Shown here in pieces: positions 50,505 through 61,852 of a stretch of DNA of 64,000 bases. The DNA lies in assembly GCA_963728565.1 (NCBI GenBank), contig CAVSLC010000013.1, forward strand, positions 96,001-160,000, given 5' to 3'. The notes below the pieces were generated by a model that was not told where the DNA came from, did no database searches, and saw nothing but the letters and a program-made list of their open reading frames with translations. The stretch comes from an uncultured delta proteobacterium. GTDB taxonomy: Bacteria; Desulfobacterota; Binatia; UBA9968. The translations under genes were made by a program, and so were the position numbers. The first letter of the stretch is position 1. Every line of letters begins with the position of its first letter.

Positions 50505-53500
50505 TTGGACGCCTTTCATACACTTATACAGCGTTGGTTCCTCGAGCGATTCGAAAGTCCGACGCCGCCCCAACAGGAGGGTTGGTTATCGATCGTCCGG
50601 GGCCAGCCGACGCTTATCGCGGCTCCCACCGGATCGGGTAAAACGCTGGCTGCTTTCTTATGGTCTATCGATCGGCTGTTCAAGCGGGCAATCTCAGGGG
50701 AGTTGCGCGATCAGACCAGCGTGGTTTACGTGTCACCGCTGAAGGCTCTCGGCAACGACATCGCTAAAAACTTGCAACAGCCGCTCGATGAAATCTTTCA
50801 TCTTGCTTACAGCGAAGGAATCATGTTGCCGGAGATTCGCACAGCGGTGCGCTCGGGAGACACGCCGGCCCGTGAACGTCAATTGATGGTGCGCCGGCCG
50901 CCGCACATTCTCATCACGACACCGGAATCACTGTACATCCTGCTGACATCACCGCGCAGTCGCGAATTTCTAAGAAATGCCGAGACCGTTATCATCGACG
51001 AAATTCATGCCATTGCAGCGGACAAGCGCGGGGCCCATCTGGCGCTTTCGCTTGAGCGACTCAATCAATTGGCAGAGCGGCCTTTGCAACGGATCGGCTT
51101 GAGCGCGACGCAAAAACCCATTGAGGAAATAGCACGGCTGCTGGTCGGCTCCCGGGGAGTGCGAGAGGACGGCAGCCCCGACTGCGTGATTGTCGATGGC
51201 GGTCACAAACGCGATCTAGAGCTTCGCATCGAGGTTCCCGATGAGGAGTTGGGGCCGATCATCCGCCAGGATATTTGGTCGGCGGTCTACGATAAAATCG
51301 TTGAACAAATCAAAAACCATCGGACGACATTGGTGTTCGTAAACACGCGGCGTCTGGTGGAGCGAGTGGCGCACCAACTGACCGAGCGCTTGGGCGAGGG
51401 CAAGGTGGGTGCCCACCACGGCAGCTTGTCGAGAAAAACTCGTCTGGACGTCGAACAAAAATTGAAAACGGGTCAATACCCGGTCGTGGTCGCCACCGCA
51501 TCTTTGGAGCTGGGTATCGATATCGGCCATGTCGATCTCGTCTGTCATATCGGCGCGCCGCGCACATTGGCGGTTTTGCTCCAACGGGTCGGCCGTTCTG
51601 GGCACTGGTTGGGAGCAATTCCCAAAGGGATTTTTTATCCGTTAACCCGGGACGATCTGATGCAGTGCGCCGCTGCGATTCGTAGCGTGCGCCAAGGCGA
51701 GTTGGACAAAATTGCGGTGATCGAAAAACCGCTCGATATCCTGGCGCAGCAAATGGTAGCCACGGTCGCCAGCATGACGCCGGCGGTCAAAGCGGACGTT
51801 CCCGCGAGCAAATCTCAAGCCGACGGCGGCATCAGTGAGGAAACCTTATGGCGCATGGTTGGCGGCGCTTATCCGTATCGCAACCTGTCGCGGATCGAAT
51901 ACGAACAGGTGCTGCAGATGCTCAGCGAGGGAGTCGAAACCCGAAGGAGCCGGCGCGGCGCCTACATTCATCGGGATCGGGTCCATGGCATGTTGCGCGC
52001 GCGGCGCGGCGCCCGATTAACGGCGATCACTAACGGCGGAGCAATTCCCGATACTGCCGATTACGACGTGGTCGAGTTTCCCAGTGAAACGACCGTCGGC
52101 AAAGTCAATGAGGATTTTGCCATCGAGAGTCTCACCGGAGATATTTTCTTGTTGGGGAATCGATCCTGGCGTATCCGTCGGGTCGGCTCAGGCAAGGTTT
52201 GGGTTGAAGATGCGCAAGGGCTGCCGCCGAGTATCCCGTTCTGGCTCGGCGAGTCGCCGGGGCGCACCATAGAATTATCCAAAGCGGTATCGGATTTGCG
52301 CCGCGACGTTGCCGACCGGATTTCAGATCGAAGGAAAGCCCAAGACTGGCTGGTCAGTGAAATCAAGATTCCGGAAGCGGCCGCAGAACAGATTGTAAAT
52401 TACGTAGCCGAAACACAGAGCGTGCTTGGAACAGTGCCGGGGCAGCAATCTATTGTCGCCGAGCGGTTTTTTGACGAGGGCGGCGGCATGCAATTGGTGA
52501 TTCACTCGCCCTGGGGCGCGCGTATCAACCGCGCCTGGGGCCTGGCGCTTAGAAAGCGCTTCTGCGTCAGCTTCGACCGGGAGTTGCAAGCGGCCGCCAC
52601 CGATGACGGCATCGTCATCTCTCTGGTCGAGCAACACTCTTTTCCCTTGAGCGACGTATTTCAAATGCTGCGGCCGACAATGATTGAGCCGAGCCTGATC
52701 CAGGCGGCATTGGCATCGCCGATGTTTACCAATCGCTGGCGCTGGAACTCTACCCGAGCCCTGGCTGTGATGCGTCACAGCGGCGGCAGAAAGGTGCCGG
52801 TAGCGCTCCAGCGGATGCGCGCCGAGGATTTGCTGGCGGCGGTTTTTCCCGAGCAGATGGTTTGCGGGGACAACCGCACCGGTCCGGTCGAGTTGCCGGA
52901 CCATCCATTGGTCAACGAAACAATCGGCGATTGCCTGCACGAGGCTATGGATCTCGACGGTCTCAAGAAAATCATCGCGGCCATCGAGAGTGGTGCAATC
53001 AGTACCCTGGCGGTCGATACGCCTGCGCCGTCGCCCATGGCGCATGAAATCCTCAATGCCAATCCCTACGCCTTCCTGGACGATGCACCATTGGAAGAAC
53101 GGCGCGCGCGGGCGGTTTCTCTAAGACGGACAGATCTACGGTTGGAACGTGAATTCGGTCAGCTTGACCAAGCGGCAATCGATGAGGTCCGCCGTCAGGC
53201 ATGGCCCGAAATCCGCGATGGCGACGAGCTCCATGACTTTTTGCTTGGGGTTGGAATCTTATCGGCGGGGGAGCGCCCCGATTGGCGGCGCATCGCTCAA
53301 GAATTGATAGAAAACCGCCGCGTCACAGAAGCGACTTGGCTGCCTCGTGGCTCTCAAACCGCAATGACCGCCTATGTTGCGGCCGAAAGGGTTGAGTTGG
53401 TTCGTACCTGCATGCCGGAAGTAACCTTCGCTCCAGCTGTAGCATTGCCGTCGGATTTTCCAGCGCAACCGGTATCGGAAGAAGAAGCGCTCAGAAGAAT

Positions 53501-54876
53501 AGTTCAGGGCTGGACGGAAGCGATCGGACCGACAACCGTCACCGCTTTGTCGAACCGGCTGGGTATTGAAGCGCCCAGAATAGAGTCGGCATTGTTGTCC
53601 CTTGAAGGAGTCGGGATGGTTTTGCGCGGCCGGTTCACTCCATCGACCGTTTCGGCCGGAGAAACTGAATGGTGCGATCGGGTGCTGCTGGCGCGCATCC
53701 ATCGTCTCACTCTCGGGCGCATGCGCAGAGAAATCGAGCCGGTTTCGCCGGTGGAGTTTATGAGCTTTTTGTTGTCTTGGCAGCACGTCGGAGTTAATCG
53801 CCAACTCGAGGGACGTGACGGAGTCCTGCGCGTGATTCAACAGCTGCAGGGACTGGAACTGCCGGCGCCGGCCTGGGAACAGTCGGTTCTGCCGGCGCGC
53901 GTGCGGAACTATTCTCCGGCGGATCTGGAACATCTCTGCCTCGCCGGTGTTGTGGCTTGGGGCAGATTGCGGGCCGAGCAAAGTTCCAATGATAATCTTT
54001 CAGGGGAAACTTCCCGCCAGGCGGCGCCGCAAGCGCTTGGCAGCTCCGGCGCGAAACGCCCCGATCGCTTTTTTGCTGCGCGAAGATTGTGATTACTTCT
54101 TGGGCAATCGCTCGGCGCGTTGGGCCGACGTGCCCACGCTTTCGAGCAGCGCGCGCGACGTGGCGCGTTATCTGGAACAGCGCGGCGCGTCTTTTGTCAG
54201 CGACATCGCCCGTGGCGCCGGGCTGCTGAAAACCAAAGTCGAGGAAGCGCTCTGGGAACTGGTGGCCCATGGTCTGGCTACAGGCGACGGCATTGCGGGT
54301 CTGCGAGTGCTGTTGCTGCCTGAGCACAAGCGCCAGGGAAAGCGCCACAATCTTAGGGTGATTAGCGGCGGAAGAAGCACGGCACGGATGATGCCCGTGG
54401 GCAGGTGGTCGCTCTGGAGTAATCAGAACGGCGATGCTGACGTGAACGGCGAACAAATCGTCGAACGGCAGGCGCGGCAACTACTCGAAAGATATGGGGT
54501 GGTTTTTCGTGATCTTCTCGCCCGGGAGGCAAATCTGCCGCCATGGCGGACTTTGCTCGCCACCTATCGCCGCCTGGAAGCACGCGGCGAGATTCGCGGA
54601 GGCCGCTTTGTTAACGGTTTCGTCGGCGAACAGTTTGCCTTGCCTGTTGCAATTGAGAAACTTCGAGCCGAACGCCGCGCCGATGAGAAACAGCAACCGT
54701 TTATCGTATCAGCCGCTGACCCCCTGAACCTGGTGGGAATACTTACGCCCGGCACACGGGTTTCTGCCTATTCGAGTCAGGTGATCGCCTACCACAAAGG
54801 TCTGCCGATTCAGGTCGGGCCCCTCGGTAGCGTCCTCAGTAGCTTACAACTACATCACGCAGGCGAGAAGCCGTGA
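50505..54876 (+). CDS. lhr: Lhr-family DEAD/DEAH-box helicase (+1 frameshift near 54005)
   Basis: APTGSGKT, SPLKAL, TTPES, DEIH, LSAT, HHGSL, LELGID, QRVGRSGH; C-terminal RGGRFVNGFVGEQFALP, AADPLNL. Confidence 0.93.
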
Positions 54877-55031
54877 ACCGGTAACGGTTCCGGCGGCTAA
54901 CTGTTCAGACAAAAACTCCATACGCGATTATGACTTTGATAGGAGCGGTAGTCCGTCCCCTCGGGCAGACTCTACAACCCGTCTCTCAACTGTCGACCTC
55001 ATGCAGGTTCTGCTCTGTGCTCGCGCTTAGT

Positions 55032-55062
55032 GTTGACTTCAATGTAGCGGTCAACTTATTCT
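55032..55062 (+). promoter_or_regulatory. Putative promoter with overlapping inverted repeat
   Basis: GTTGAC-N12-GTCAAC overlapping TTGACT, 18 nt, TATTCT. Confidence 0.4.
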
Positions 55063-55179
55063 TCACGGGGATAGCGATCCAGACTATATGGCGCAGCAGG
55101 AATCGAACGTAATCAAATCGTCACCTAACCGTCGATCTTTCAATTAATAGCAAGCAAGGAAAATCGCTGAGGGTTGCTT

Positions 55180-57409
55180 ATGACCGATCTGTGGAGTGTG
55201 GGCATCCCTAGCCCGCGGGTTGAAAGCGAACAAAAAGTCGCCGGCAAGGCGGTTTACGCCGCCGATGTAGTTCTCCCCGGCATGCTTTGGGTGAAAGTAT
55301 TAAGAAGCCCGGTTGCTCACGCGCGCATCAAAAAAATTGATACGTCGCGGGCCCTCGGTGTACCGGGGGTTAAAACCATAGTCACGGGAGATGATTTTGG
55401 CGGCGCGAGGATCGGTAAGAAGATTATAGATATGCCGATCCTTGCGGATGGTATCGTCCGTTACGTGGGAGAAAAAGTTGTTGCCGTGGCGGCTGAATCT
55501 GAATCACAGGCGGAAGCGGCGCTCGATTTGATCGATGTCGACTATGAGGAGTTGCCGGCGGTCCTCGATCCGCTTCAAGCCTTGGAACCTTCAGCACCCC
55601 TGCTTCATCCGGATTTAGCAGGGTATAAGGGCCTGCTGCACACGATCGAGTCGCCGAGCAATCTTTTCGTGCATCTCACTTGGAAGAAGGGGGAAGTGGA
55701 GGAAGGTTTCCGGCAGTCCGACATCACCGTCGAGAACACTTATTCGGTTCCGGCGGTACATCAGGCCTACATCGAGCCTCATTGTTGTCTGGCAAGGGTG
55801 AATACCGACGGTAGCGCAGAAATTTGGGCTTCGACCAAGAGCCCTTTCAATTTGCGCGAGCAAGTCGGCAACGCGTTGCAGGTCCTTCCCGCAAGTCTGA
55901 TCGTGCATCCATGCTACGTCGGCGGGGATTTCGGTGGCAAGGGAGACGCCAATGAAGTCGCGCTTTGTTATGAATTGGCAAAAAGATCTGGGCGGCCGGT
56001 CAAGCTGCTGATCGACTATAGCGAGGAGTTGGTCGCCGGAAATCCTCGCCACGGCGCGGTGATAAGAGTTAAGACAGGCGTCAAGAAGAACGGCATGATG
56101 ATCGCTCAGCGCATAGAATTCGTCTTCGACAGCGGCGCCTACGGCTCTTATCGCCCCCAGGGTTATCTGGTTGGCGCTCATGATGCGGCAGGACCTTATC
56201 GCGTGGCCAATTGTTTTATCGAGGAAAAATACGTTTACACCAATAAGATGCCATGCGGTTACATGCGCGCTCCAGGACATCTGCAAGCGTTTTTCGCCAC
56301 CGAAAGCCATGCCGACTTGGTTGCCAAGCGTCTGGAAATGGATCCTGCGGAGTATCGCCGGATTAATTTCATGCGCGACGGTGATAAGTCACCCTTGGGT
56401 GAAGTAATGCCCCACGTCAAGCCCGGCGATACCTTGATCAAAGCGGTGGAGATATCCGGTTACAGCAATCCCAAGCCCAAAAATGTTGGCCGCGGCTGCG
56501 CGATTGCCAATTGGGTTTCAAAAGGCGGCGAGTCCTACGCTTTCGTCAAGATCGATAAAGACGGGATCATAACGCTCTCCTCGGCGGTGACCGATACCGG
56601 TCCTGGCGCGTTTACAATCATGCGTCAAATCGTCGGCCAGGAACTCAAAGTCTCCCCTGAGTCGATTCGAGTCGAGATGCTGGATACGACCCAAGTGATC
56701 AAAGATACCGGGGTGCGCGGCAGTAGTAGCACCCGAGTGCATGGCGGGTCCGCGTATGAGGCCGCCAATAAAGCGCGTGAACAGATTCTAAAAATTGCCG
56801 CCCAGGCGATGAATGCGATGCCGGAAGAACTGATTCTTTACGATGGCGGGGTCACTCATCGCCGCGCTGAACGGCGGATGAGCTTTGCCGAGATTGCCGA
56901 AGCTAATCAGGGCTCGATAGTAGGAGAGGGGCACTACGCCAACATGGCGGACGGGCCGGAGACATCGATTGTCGCTCAGGTAGCTGAGGTGGAGGTGGAT
57001 ACTCAAACCGGGGAGGTGCAAGTTAGAAAGCTTACTACGGCTCACAATACCGGAGCCATTCTTAACCCGTTAACGCACCAGGGGCAAATCGATGGCGGGG
57101 TGATTATGGGAATGGGTTACGGCATCATGGAGGATCTCGCTGTCGATGAAAGCGGAAAAGTTCTGACGAACAATCTAGGAGAATACAAAATTCCCAATAT
57201 CAAAGACGTGCCCGGTACTCAAAACTGCTATCATCCAGTCGGCAACTGGCAGCGGACCGTATAATAGTATGAGCATCGGCGAGACCGCGTTGATACCCAC
57301 GGCTGCCGCCATTGCCAACGCCGTGGAAGACGCGGTCGGCGTGCGGATCACGTCTCTGCCGATCACCGCTGAGAAAGTGCTCAACGCGATCAGACGCCGC
57401 TCAGATTAG
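55180..57409 (+). CDS. Xanthine dehydrogenase family molybdopterin-binding (large) subunit (+1 frameshift near 57212)
   Basis: LRSPVAHA, HQAYIEPH, GGDFGGKG, MRAPG, GQIDGG; IGE..PTAAAIANAV..LPITAEKV in the next frame, stop at 57409. Confidence 0.92.
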
Positions 57410-57492
57410 CGGAATTCGCTTAAAAACAATCTCTAAGTCGGCATAGGGCCCGCCGCGCCTGTCGTTGTGCCAGCCAAGGCTCAGCGATGCTG

Positions 57493-57975
57493 TCATTTGT
57501 CTTTGCGCTTACCGTGTAGCGCGACGAACAAGTTGTAAAATGAGGCGATCGATCTTTCTTCCATGTTGGGATGGCCGTTTTCATTCTGGTATAAGAGAGT
57601 CACGCTAAGCGGGCTTTTGTGCAGTTCGAGCAGTTCGGCGTTCTTGGTATCCAGGTAAGATCCCACGGTTCTTAAAGTATTCGGCAAGCTATAGAAGTCA
57701 GGCAGGCGGTCACGCTTTTTTCGATTCAAACGGCCCTCGTTCTCGAGGCGCTCGATCTCCGCCGTTCCATAGGCAAGCGATGTTTCCTTCGATGCTCCCT
57801 GCATTCGGTTCCGCCAGTCGCGCAATCTCGCTAATAAGCGTGAATCCTTTTCCGGAACTCCGCGCACTACATAGCGCTCGGCATCCGCTTTGAGTTCGAA
57901 GGCCGTTATTCGCTTGTTGTCGAGCGATTGTCCAATCGCACGAAGATGTTGATCATAAGCATTTCCAGATCGCAT
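57493..57975 (-). CDS. Hypothetical protein with an internal duplication
   Basis: LRAIGQSLDNK and LRTVGSYLDTK repeats; probable ATG start at 57975. Confidence 0.72.
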   Translation of the reverse strand: MRSGNAYDQHLRAIGQSLDNKRITAFELKADAERYVVRGVPEKDSRLLARLRDWRNRMQGASKETSLAYGTAEIERLENEGRLNRKKRDRLPDFYSLPNTLRTVGSYLDTKNAELLELHKSPLSVTLLYQNENGHPNMEERSIASFYNLFVALHGKRKDK

Positions 57976-58083
57976 CAAACCCTCACTTTCCAAGCAGGCC
58001 GCTTTATCGCCAACTACCATAGGCAGAGACGCTCCGCGTCATATCATCGGCAAAATCCGGAAACAAGGGCTAAGCGCCTGACT

Positions 58084-58115
58084 TCCTTGACAACAAGGAG
58101 AGCCAAACGTATGGT
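58084..58115 (+). promoter_or_regulatory. Sigma70 promoter of the ubiD operon with a palindromic operator-like site
   Basis: TTGACA (58087), 17 nt, TATGGT; TCCTTG-ACAA-CAAGGA overlaps the -35. Confidence 0.6.
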
Positions 58116-58173
58116 TTGTTGTGCTCCCCGATGCATCGGCACCACTGCACTTAGCAAACAATTAGGAGGATCA

Positions 58174-59652
58174 ATGGCACGTCCAGAAAGAGTTGGAACA
58201 ACCCAAAGCACGGTTTCCTATCATGGTTTGCGCGATTGGCTGGACCAGGTCGAAAAATTGGGCGAGCTGCAGAAAGTCAACGGCGCACACTGGGATCGGG
58301 AGATGGGGGCAATCACTCAGATGCTCACTGAAACGGGCAAAGGTAAGGCGCCAGCGATCCTTTTTGATGAAGTTCCCGGATACCCAAAAGGTTACCGGAC
58401 GCTGTACGGGCAGTTCTCAACCATTAAGCGGGTGGCGTTGACTTTGGGCCTACCGCTCGAATACGAGCACAAAGCCGATATCGTCAAAGCCTACCATCAT
58501 CGCATGGAGGACATGAAGCTGCTCAAGCCCAAGATCGTCAGGACCGGGCCGATATTTGACAATGTACTGGAAGGCGACAAAGTGGATGTGCTCAAGTTGC
58601 CCGTGCCGATTCATCATCAACAAGATACGCACCGCTACATTGGCACCGCGGATATGTGCATCACCAAGGATCCGGACGCAGAGTGGTATAATTTCGGCGC
58701 CTATCGTTGTGAAGTTTACGATGAAAAAACTATCGGCTGTCAGATCACCGAAGGTAAACACGGGCGCATTCACCGCGACAAGTATTTCGAGCGCGGGCAG
58801 AGCGCTAAGTTTGCGATTGTGTGCGGCCAAGATCCGCTTCTTTATTTGCTTTCCGCCAGTCCGTTGCCAAGCGGAGTTTCTGAATACGATTTCGCTGGCG
58901 GGATTCGCGGCGAGCCCGTCGAGGTCGTTAAAGGCCCATTTACCGGTTTTCCGATTCCGGCGGACGCAGAGATCGTCATCGAAGGGGAGGCGGTTCCGGG
59001 GCAGGTCAGACCAGAGGGGCCGTTCGGCGAATGGATGGGCTATTATTCCGACGATGTCGTGCCGCGTCCCTACTTGAATGTGAAAACCGTCCTGTATCGC
59101 AATAATCCGATTCTCACATGCGCGCCGCAGCACAAGCCGGTGGACGAAACCGGCTTGCTCAAAGGCATTGCCGGCGCGGCGGAAATCTGGAAAGCTTTGG
59201 AAGCTTGCGGGTTGCCCGAAATATTGGGCGTCTGGAATCACGAAGGGGCGCCGGCAACTCGCTTCACCGCCATTCAGATCCGGCAACGCTATCCGGGGCA
59301 TGCTCGCAACGTGCTTCACGTCGCAGCTAACTGTATGGCCGGCGCGTACAACGGCAAATGGACGGTGGTTGTCGATGACGATGTCGATTGTTCGGACATG
59401 GATCAGGTTCTATGGGCGATGGGCACTCGGTTCGACCCGATGACCGATATCGATTTGATTCAGAAAGCCTGGTCTTCGGGCCGCGATCCGATGTTTCTGC
59501 CGGGAAATTTCAACAATCGCATTTTGATCGACGCATGCGTTCCTTACAACCGCAAGCTGAAAGGGGAATTCCCGAAGGTGGTGGAAGTTCCTAATGACGT
59601 GCGCGCGCAGCTGAAGGCCAAGTTTCCGCAGTTATTCAAGTCACCAGGATAG
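58174..59652 (+). CDS. UbiD family (prFMN-dependent) decarboxylase
   Basis: AGGAGG RBS then MARPE; PAILFD, YIGT, NFGAYR, AEIVIEG, EGPFGEWMGYY, VVVDDDVD. Confidence 0.93.
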   Translation: MARPERVGTTQSTVSYHGLRDWLDQVEKLGELQKVNGAHWDREMGAITQMLTETGKGKAPAILFDEVPGYPKGYRTLYGQFSTIKRVALTLGLPLEYEHKADIVKAYHHRMEDMKLLKPKIVRTGPIFDNVLEGDKVDVLKLPVPIHHQQDTHRYIGTADMCITKDPDAEWYNFGAYRCEVYDEKTIGCQITEGKHGRIHRDKYFERGQSAKFAIVCGQDPLLYLLSASPLPSGVSEYDFAGGIRGEPVEVVKGPFTGFPIPADAEIVIEGEAVPGQVRPEGPFGEWMGYYSDDVVPRPYLNVKTVLYRNNPILTCAPQHKPVDETGLLKGIAGAAEIWKALEACGLPEILGVWNHEGAPATRFTAIQIRQRYPGHARNVLHVAANCMAGAYNGKWTVVVDDDVDCSDMDQVLWAMGTRFDPMTDIDLIQKAWSSGRDPMFLPGNFNNRILIDACVPYNRKLKGEFPKVVEVPNDVRAQLKAKFPQLFKSPG

Positions 59653-59664
59653 CGAGGATCCGGG

Positions 59665-60390
59665 ATGGTTTTTACAAGCTGGCGCGGCGTTGTCGGTGTC
59701 GTGAAGCCCACACACCGTCCCGGATCGCTTGAAGAGTTCATCCGTTTGCTACCCGAGGGGATCGGGGTGCTGCCGGTTTATTTGAACTTCAAGCGAGGAA
59801 CAGTGGATGAATTCCGGGCGGCCCTCGATGCAGTCGAAGACAAGGTTGCCGAGCTGGCCAACGAAGGCGTCGATCTGATACATCCTGAAGGCGCGCCGCC
59901 TTTCATGGTGCACGGCTATAAAGGCGAAGAAAAGATCATTGAAGATTGGCAACGCAAATATAAGGTCCCCATCGTCACGGCGGCGCAAACCCAAGTGGAC
60001 GCGTTACGCGCTTTGAACGTGAAAAAAATTCTTGGTGTCACTTATTTCGTCGGCAGCGTAAACGATATTACAACCAGTTATTTTCGCGATGCCGGCTTCG
60101 ATGTGCTGGCCATGGAAGGGATGTCGGTTGCCTTTGAAGATGTCGGCCGGCTCGCCTCGCAGGAAATCTACGCGCATACGCGACGAGCCTTTTTAAAACA
60201 TCCCGGTGCCGAAGCGATTTATATGCTAGGGACAGGTTGGCGCTGCCTGGACATCATTCGCTTGCTGGAAGACGATTTGCAGGTTCCGGTAATCCATCCG
60301 GTGCCCGCCCGAGTCTGGGCAGTGCAAAAACGGCTGCATGTGAGGCAACCTGTGCAGGGCTTCGGCCGATTGCTTCTAGAGATGCCCTGA
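59665..60390 (+). CDS. Maleate isomerase/arylmalonate decarboxylase (Asp/Glu racemase) fold protein
   Basis: GVVKP, ALRALNVKKI..VTYF, YFRDAGFDV, LEDDLQVPVI, GFGRLL. Confidence 0.82.
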   Translation: MVFTSWRGVVGVVKPTHRPGSLEEFIRLLPEGIGVLPVYLNFKRGTVDEFRAALDAVEDKVAELANEGVDLIHPEGAPPFMVHGYKGEEKIIEDWQRKYKVPIVTAAQTQVDALRALNVKKILGVTYFVGSVNDITTSYFRDAGFDVLAMEGMSVAFEDVGRLASQEIYAHTRRAFLKHPGAEAIYMLGTGWRCLDIIRLLEDDLQVPVIHPVPARVWAVQKRLHVRQPVQGFGRLLLEMP

Positions 60391-60567
60391 ACTTCGCGAA
60401 CCGGCATCCAAGGGCCGGTGATATTCTCTCCGGCCCTGACCGGATACCTCACGGTTAGCCAAGCGCGGCTTTGAACCGTGAGGATTGCCGAGCCCCCAAT
60501 TTGAAGAGCCTCCGACCCTCGAAATCGACGAGCCATTCAAGTTTGTTGTTCTGCATCCGTTAAGGTT

Positions 60568-61389
60568 ATGACAAACGAAGTTGAAGCGTTTCGCATCTTT
60601 GAACATGCGGGATGGGAAGCTATTCCCGAACAGTATCATCAGGCGTTCGGTAGGCTGACCACCCAGACGATCGGACCTCTGTTGGATGCGGTTCAAATGA
60701 AGAGCGGCACGAAGCTCCTCGACATCGCGACGGGTCCGGGCTACGTCGCCGCCGCCGCCGCAAAGCGCGGCGCGACTGTGCTCGGGATCGATTTCTCAGC
60801 GAGGATGATAGAACAAGCTCGACAGCTTCATCCTGGCATCGAGTTCCGACCAGGTGACGCAGAGCGGCTACCACTAGGCAACGGACTATTCGATTCGGCA
60901 GTAATCAATTTTGGTATTCTTCATTTCGGGCAGCCGGAGCTTGCGTTGGAGGAGGCCGCGCGGGTTATTCGGGCTGGCGGTTACTTCGCGTTCACCGCCT
61001 GGGCTCGACCTGAGGACACGATCGGGTTCAATATTGTGCTGCGATCAGTGGAAGCTTACGGCGAGCCAAGAATCAAACTCCCGGAAGGTCCACCTTTCTT
61101 TCGGTTTAGCGATCCTGCCGAATGCGTCAGGGGACTGATCGGCGCTGGCTTCGAGAATCCGACGGTGGTGAAGGTTCCTCAGCTGTGGCGCTTGTCCAGC
61201 GGAGAGGCTCTCTTTGATGTTATGCGAAATAGCACGGTTCGCACAGCCGGACTGCTCCAGAGTCAGAAACCAGTGGTGTTGCAGAAGATTCGTGCAGCGA
61301 TCTGCGCTGACGCGGAGCAATACCGAGTCGGTGATGTTATTGAACTACCGATGCCGGCGCTCATCGCCGCGGGAAAAAAACCGAAGTAA
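60568..61389 (+). CDS. Class I SAM-dependent methyltransferase
   Basis: LLDIATGPG, GIDFS, GDAERLP, FDSAV, GGYFAFTAW. Confidence 0.92.
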   Translation: MTNEVEAFRIFEHAGWEAIPEQYHQAFGRLTTQTIGPLLDAVQMKSGTKLLDIATGPGYVAAAAAKRGATVLGIDFSARMIEQARQLHPGIEFRPGDAERLPLGNGLFDSAVINFGILHFGQPELALEEAARVIRAGGYFAFTAWARPEDTIGFNIVLRSVEAYGEPRIKLPEGPPFFRFSDPAECVRGLIGAGFENPTVVKVPQLWRLSSGEALFDVMRNSTVRTAGLLQSQKPVVLQKIRAAICADAEQYRVGDVIELPMPALIAAGKKPK

Positions 61390-61477
61390 TACCGCTTGAT
61401 GACGGCGGCGACTCTAGGGCGCGCTGCGCGTCATAGCTCAACCGTTAAACGCGCCGGCTGAATGACGATCGAGGCAC

Positions 61478-61687
61478 TCAGTCATCAAGCCGGAAGCCAA
61501 GCTTTATGATTACTTGCCAGTAATCAATTTTATTGTTCTCGATATAACCTCTGGTCTCGATGACCTGAAACCAGTGGATGTTGTGCAGCGTCTGGCCGGC
61601 TTTCGTAATTGCATTCTGTACCGCATCTTCGACGCTGGTTTTAGAGGTGCCGGTCAGCTCGATTTGTTTGTAGATGTGCTCGCTCAT
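61478..61687 (-). CDS. Dodecin (flavin-binding protein)
   Basis: YKQIELTGTS..S.EDA..NAI, WFQVIETRG, WQVIIKLGFRL. Confidence 0.93.
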   Translation of the reverse strand: MSEHIYKQIELTGTSKTSVEDAVQNAITKAGQTLHNIHWFQVIETRGYIENNKIDYWQVIIKLGFRLDD

Positions 61688-61852
61688 ATTTCACCTCGAG
61701 GTCTGGTGGTTTGGGCCTAGAAAAAGCAATAAAGGTGCCCGCTTTGAAATGTTAATTCTCAAAGGATTCTCTTGGATGATTGTCCCAGGGATGTCACACG
61801 GGAGATTCCGAAGCGCGCACAATAACCATGGGCGGTTACTTTCGAGTTTATA

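Noticed and set aside
54875-54890. GAACCG-GTAA-CGGTTC hairpin after lhr as a terminator
   Set aside because: Short stem with no U-tract; not enough support
57928-58173. 82-aa N-terminal extension of UbiD in the ORF track
   Set aside because: A promoter and a strong AGGAGG RBS point to ATG 58174; the extension overlaps the divergent gene
61478-61687. Dodecin as a flavin/prFMN store for the UbiD operon
   Set aside because: Opposite strand and a widespread gene; proximity is the only evidence
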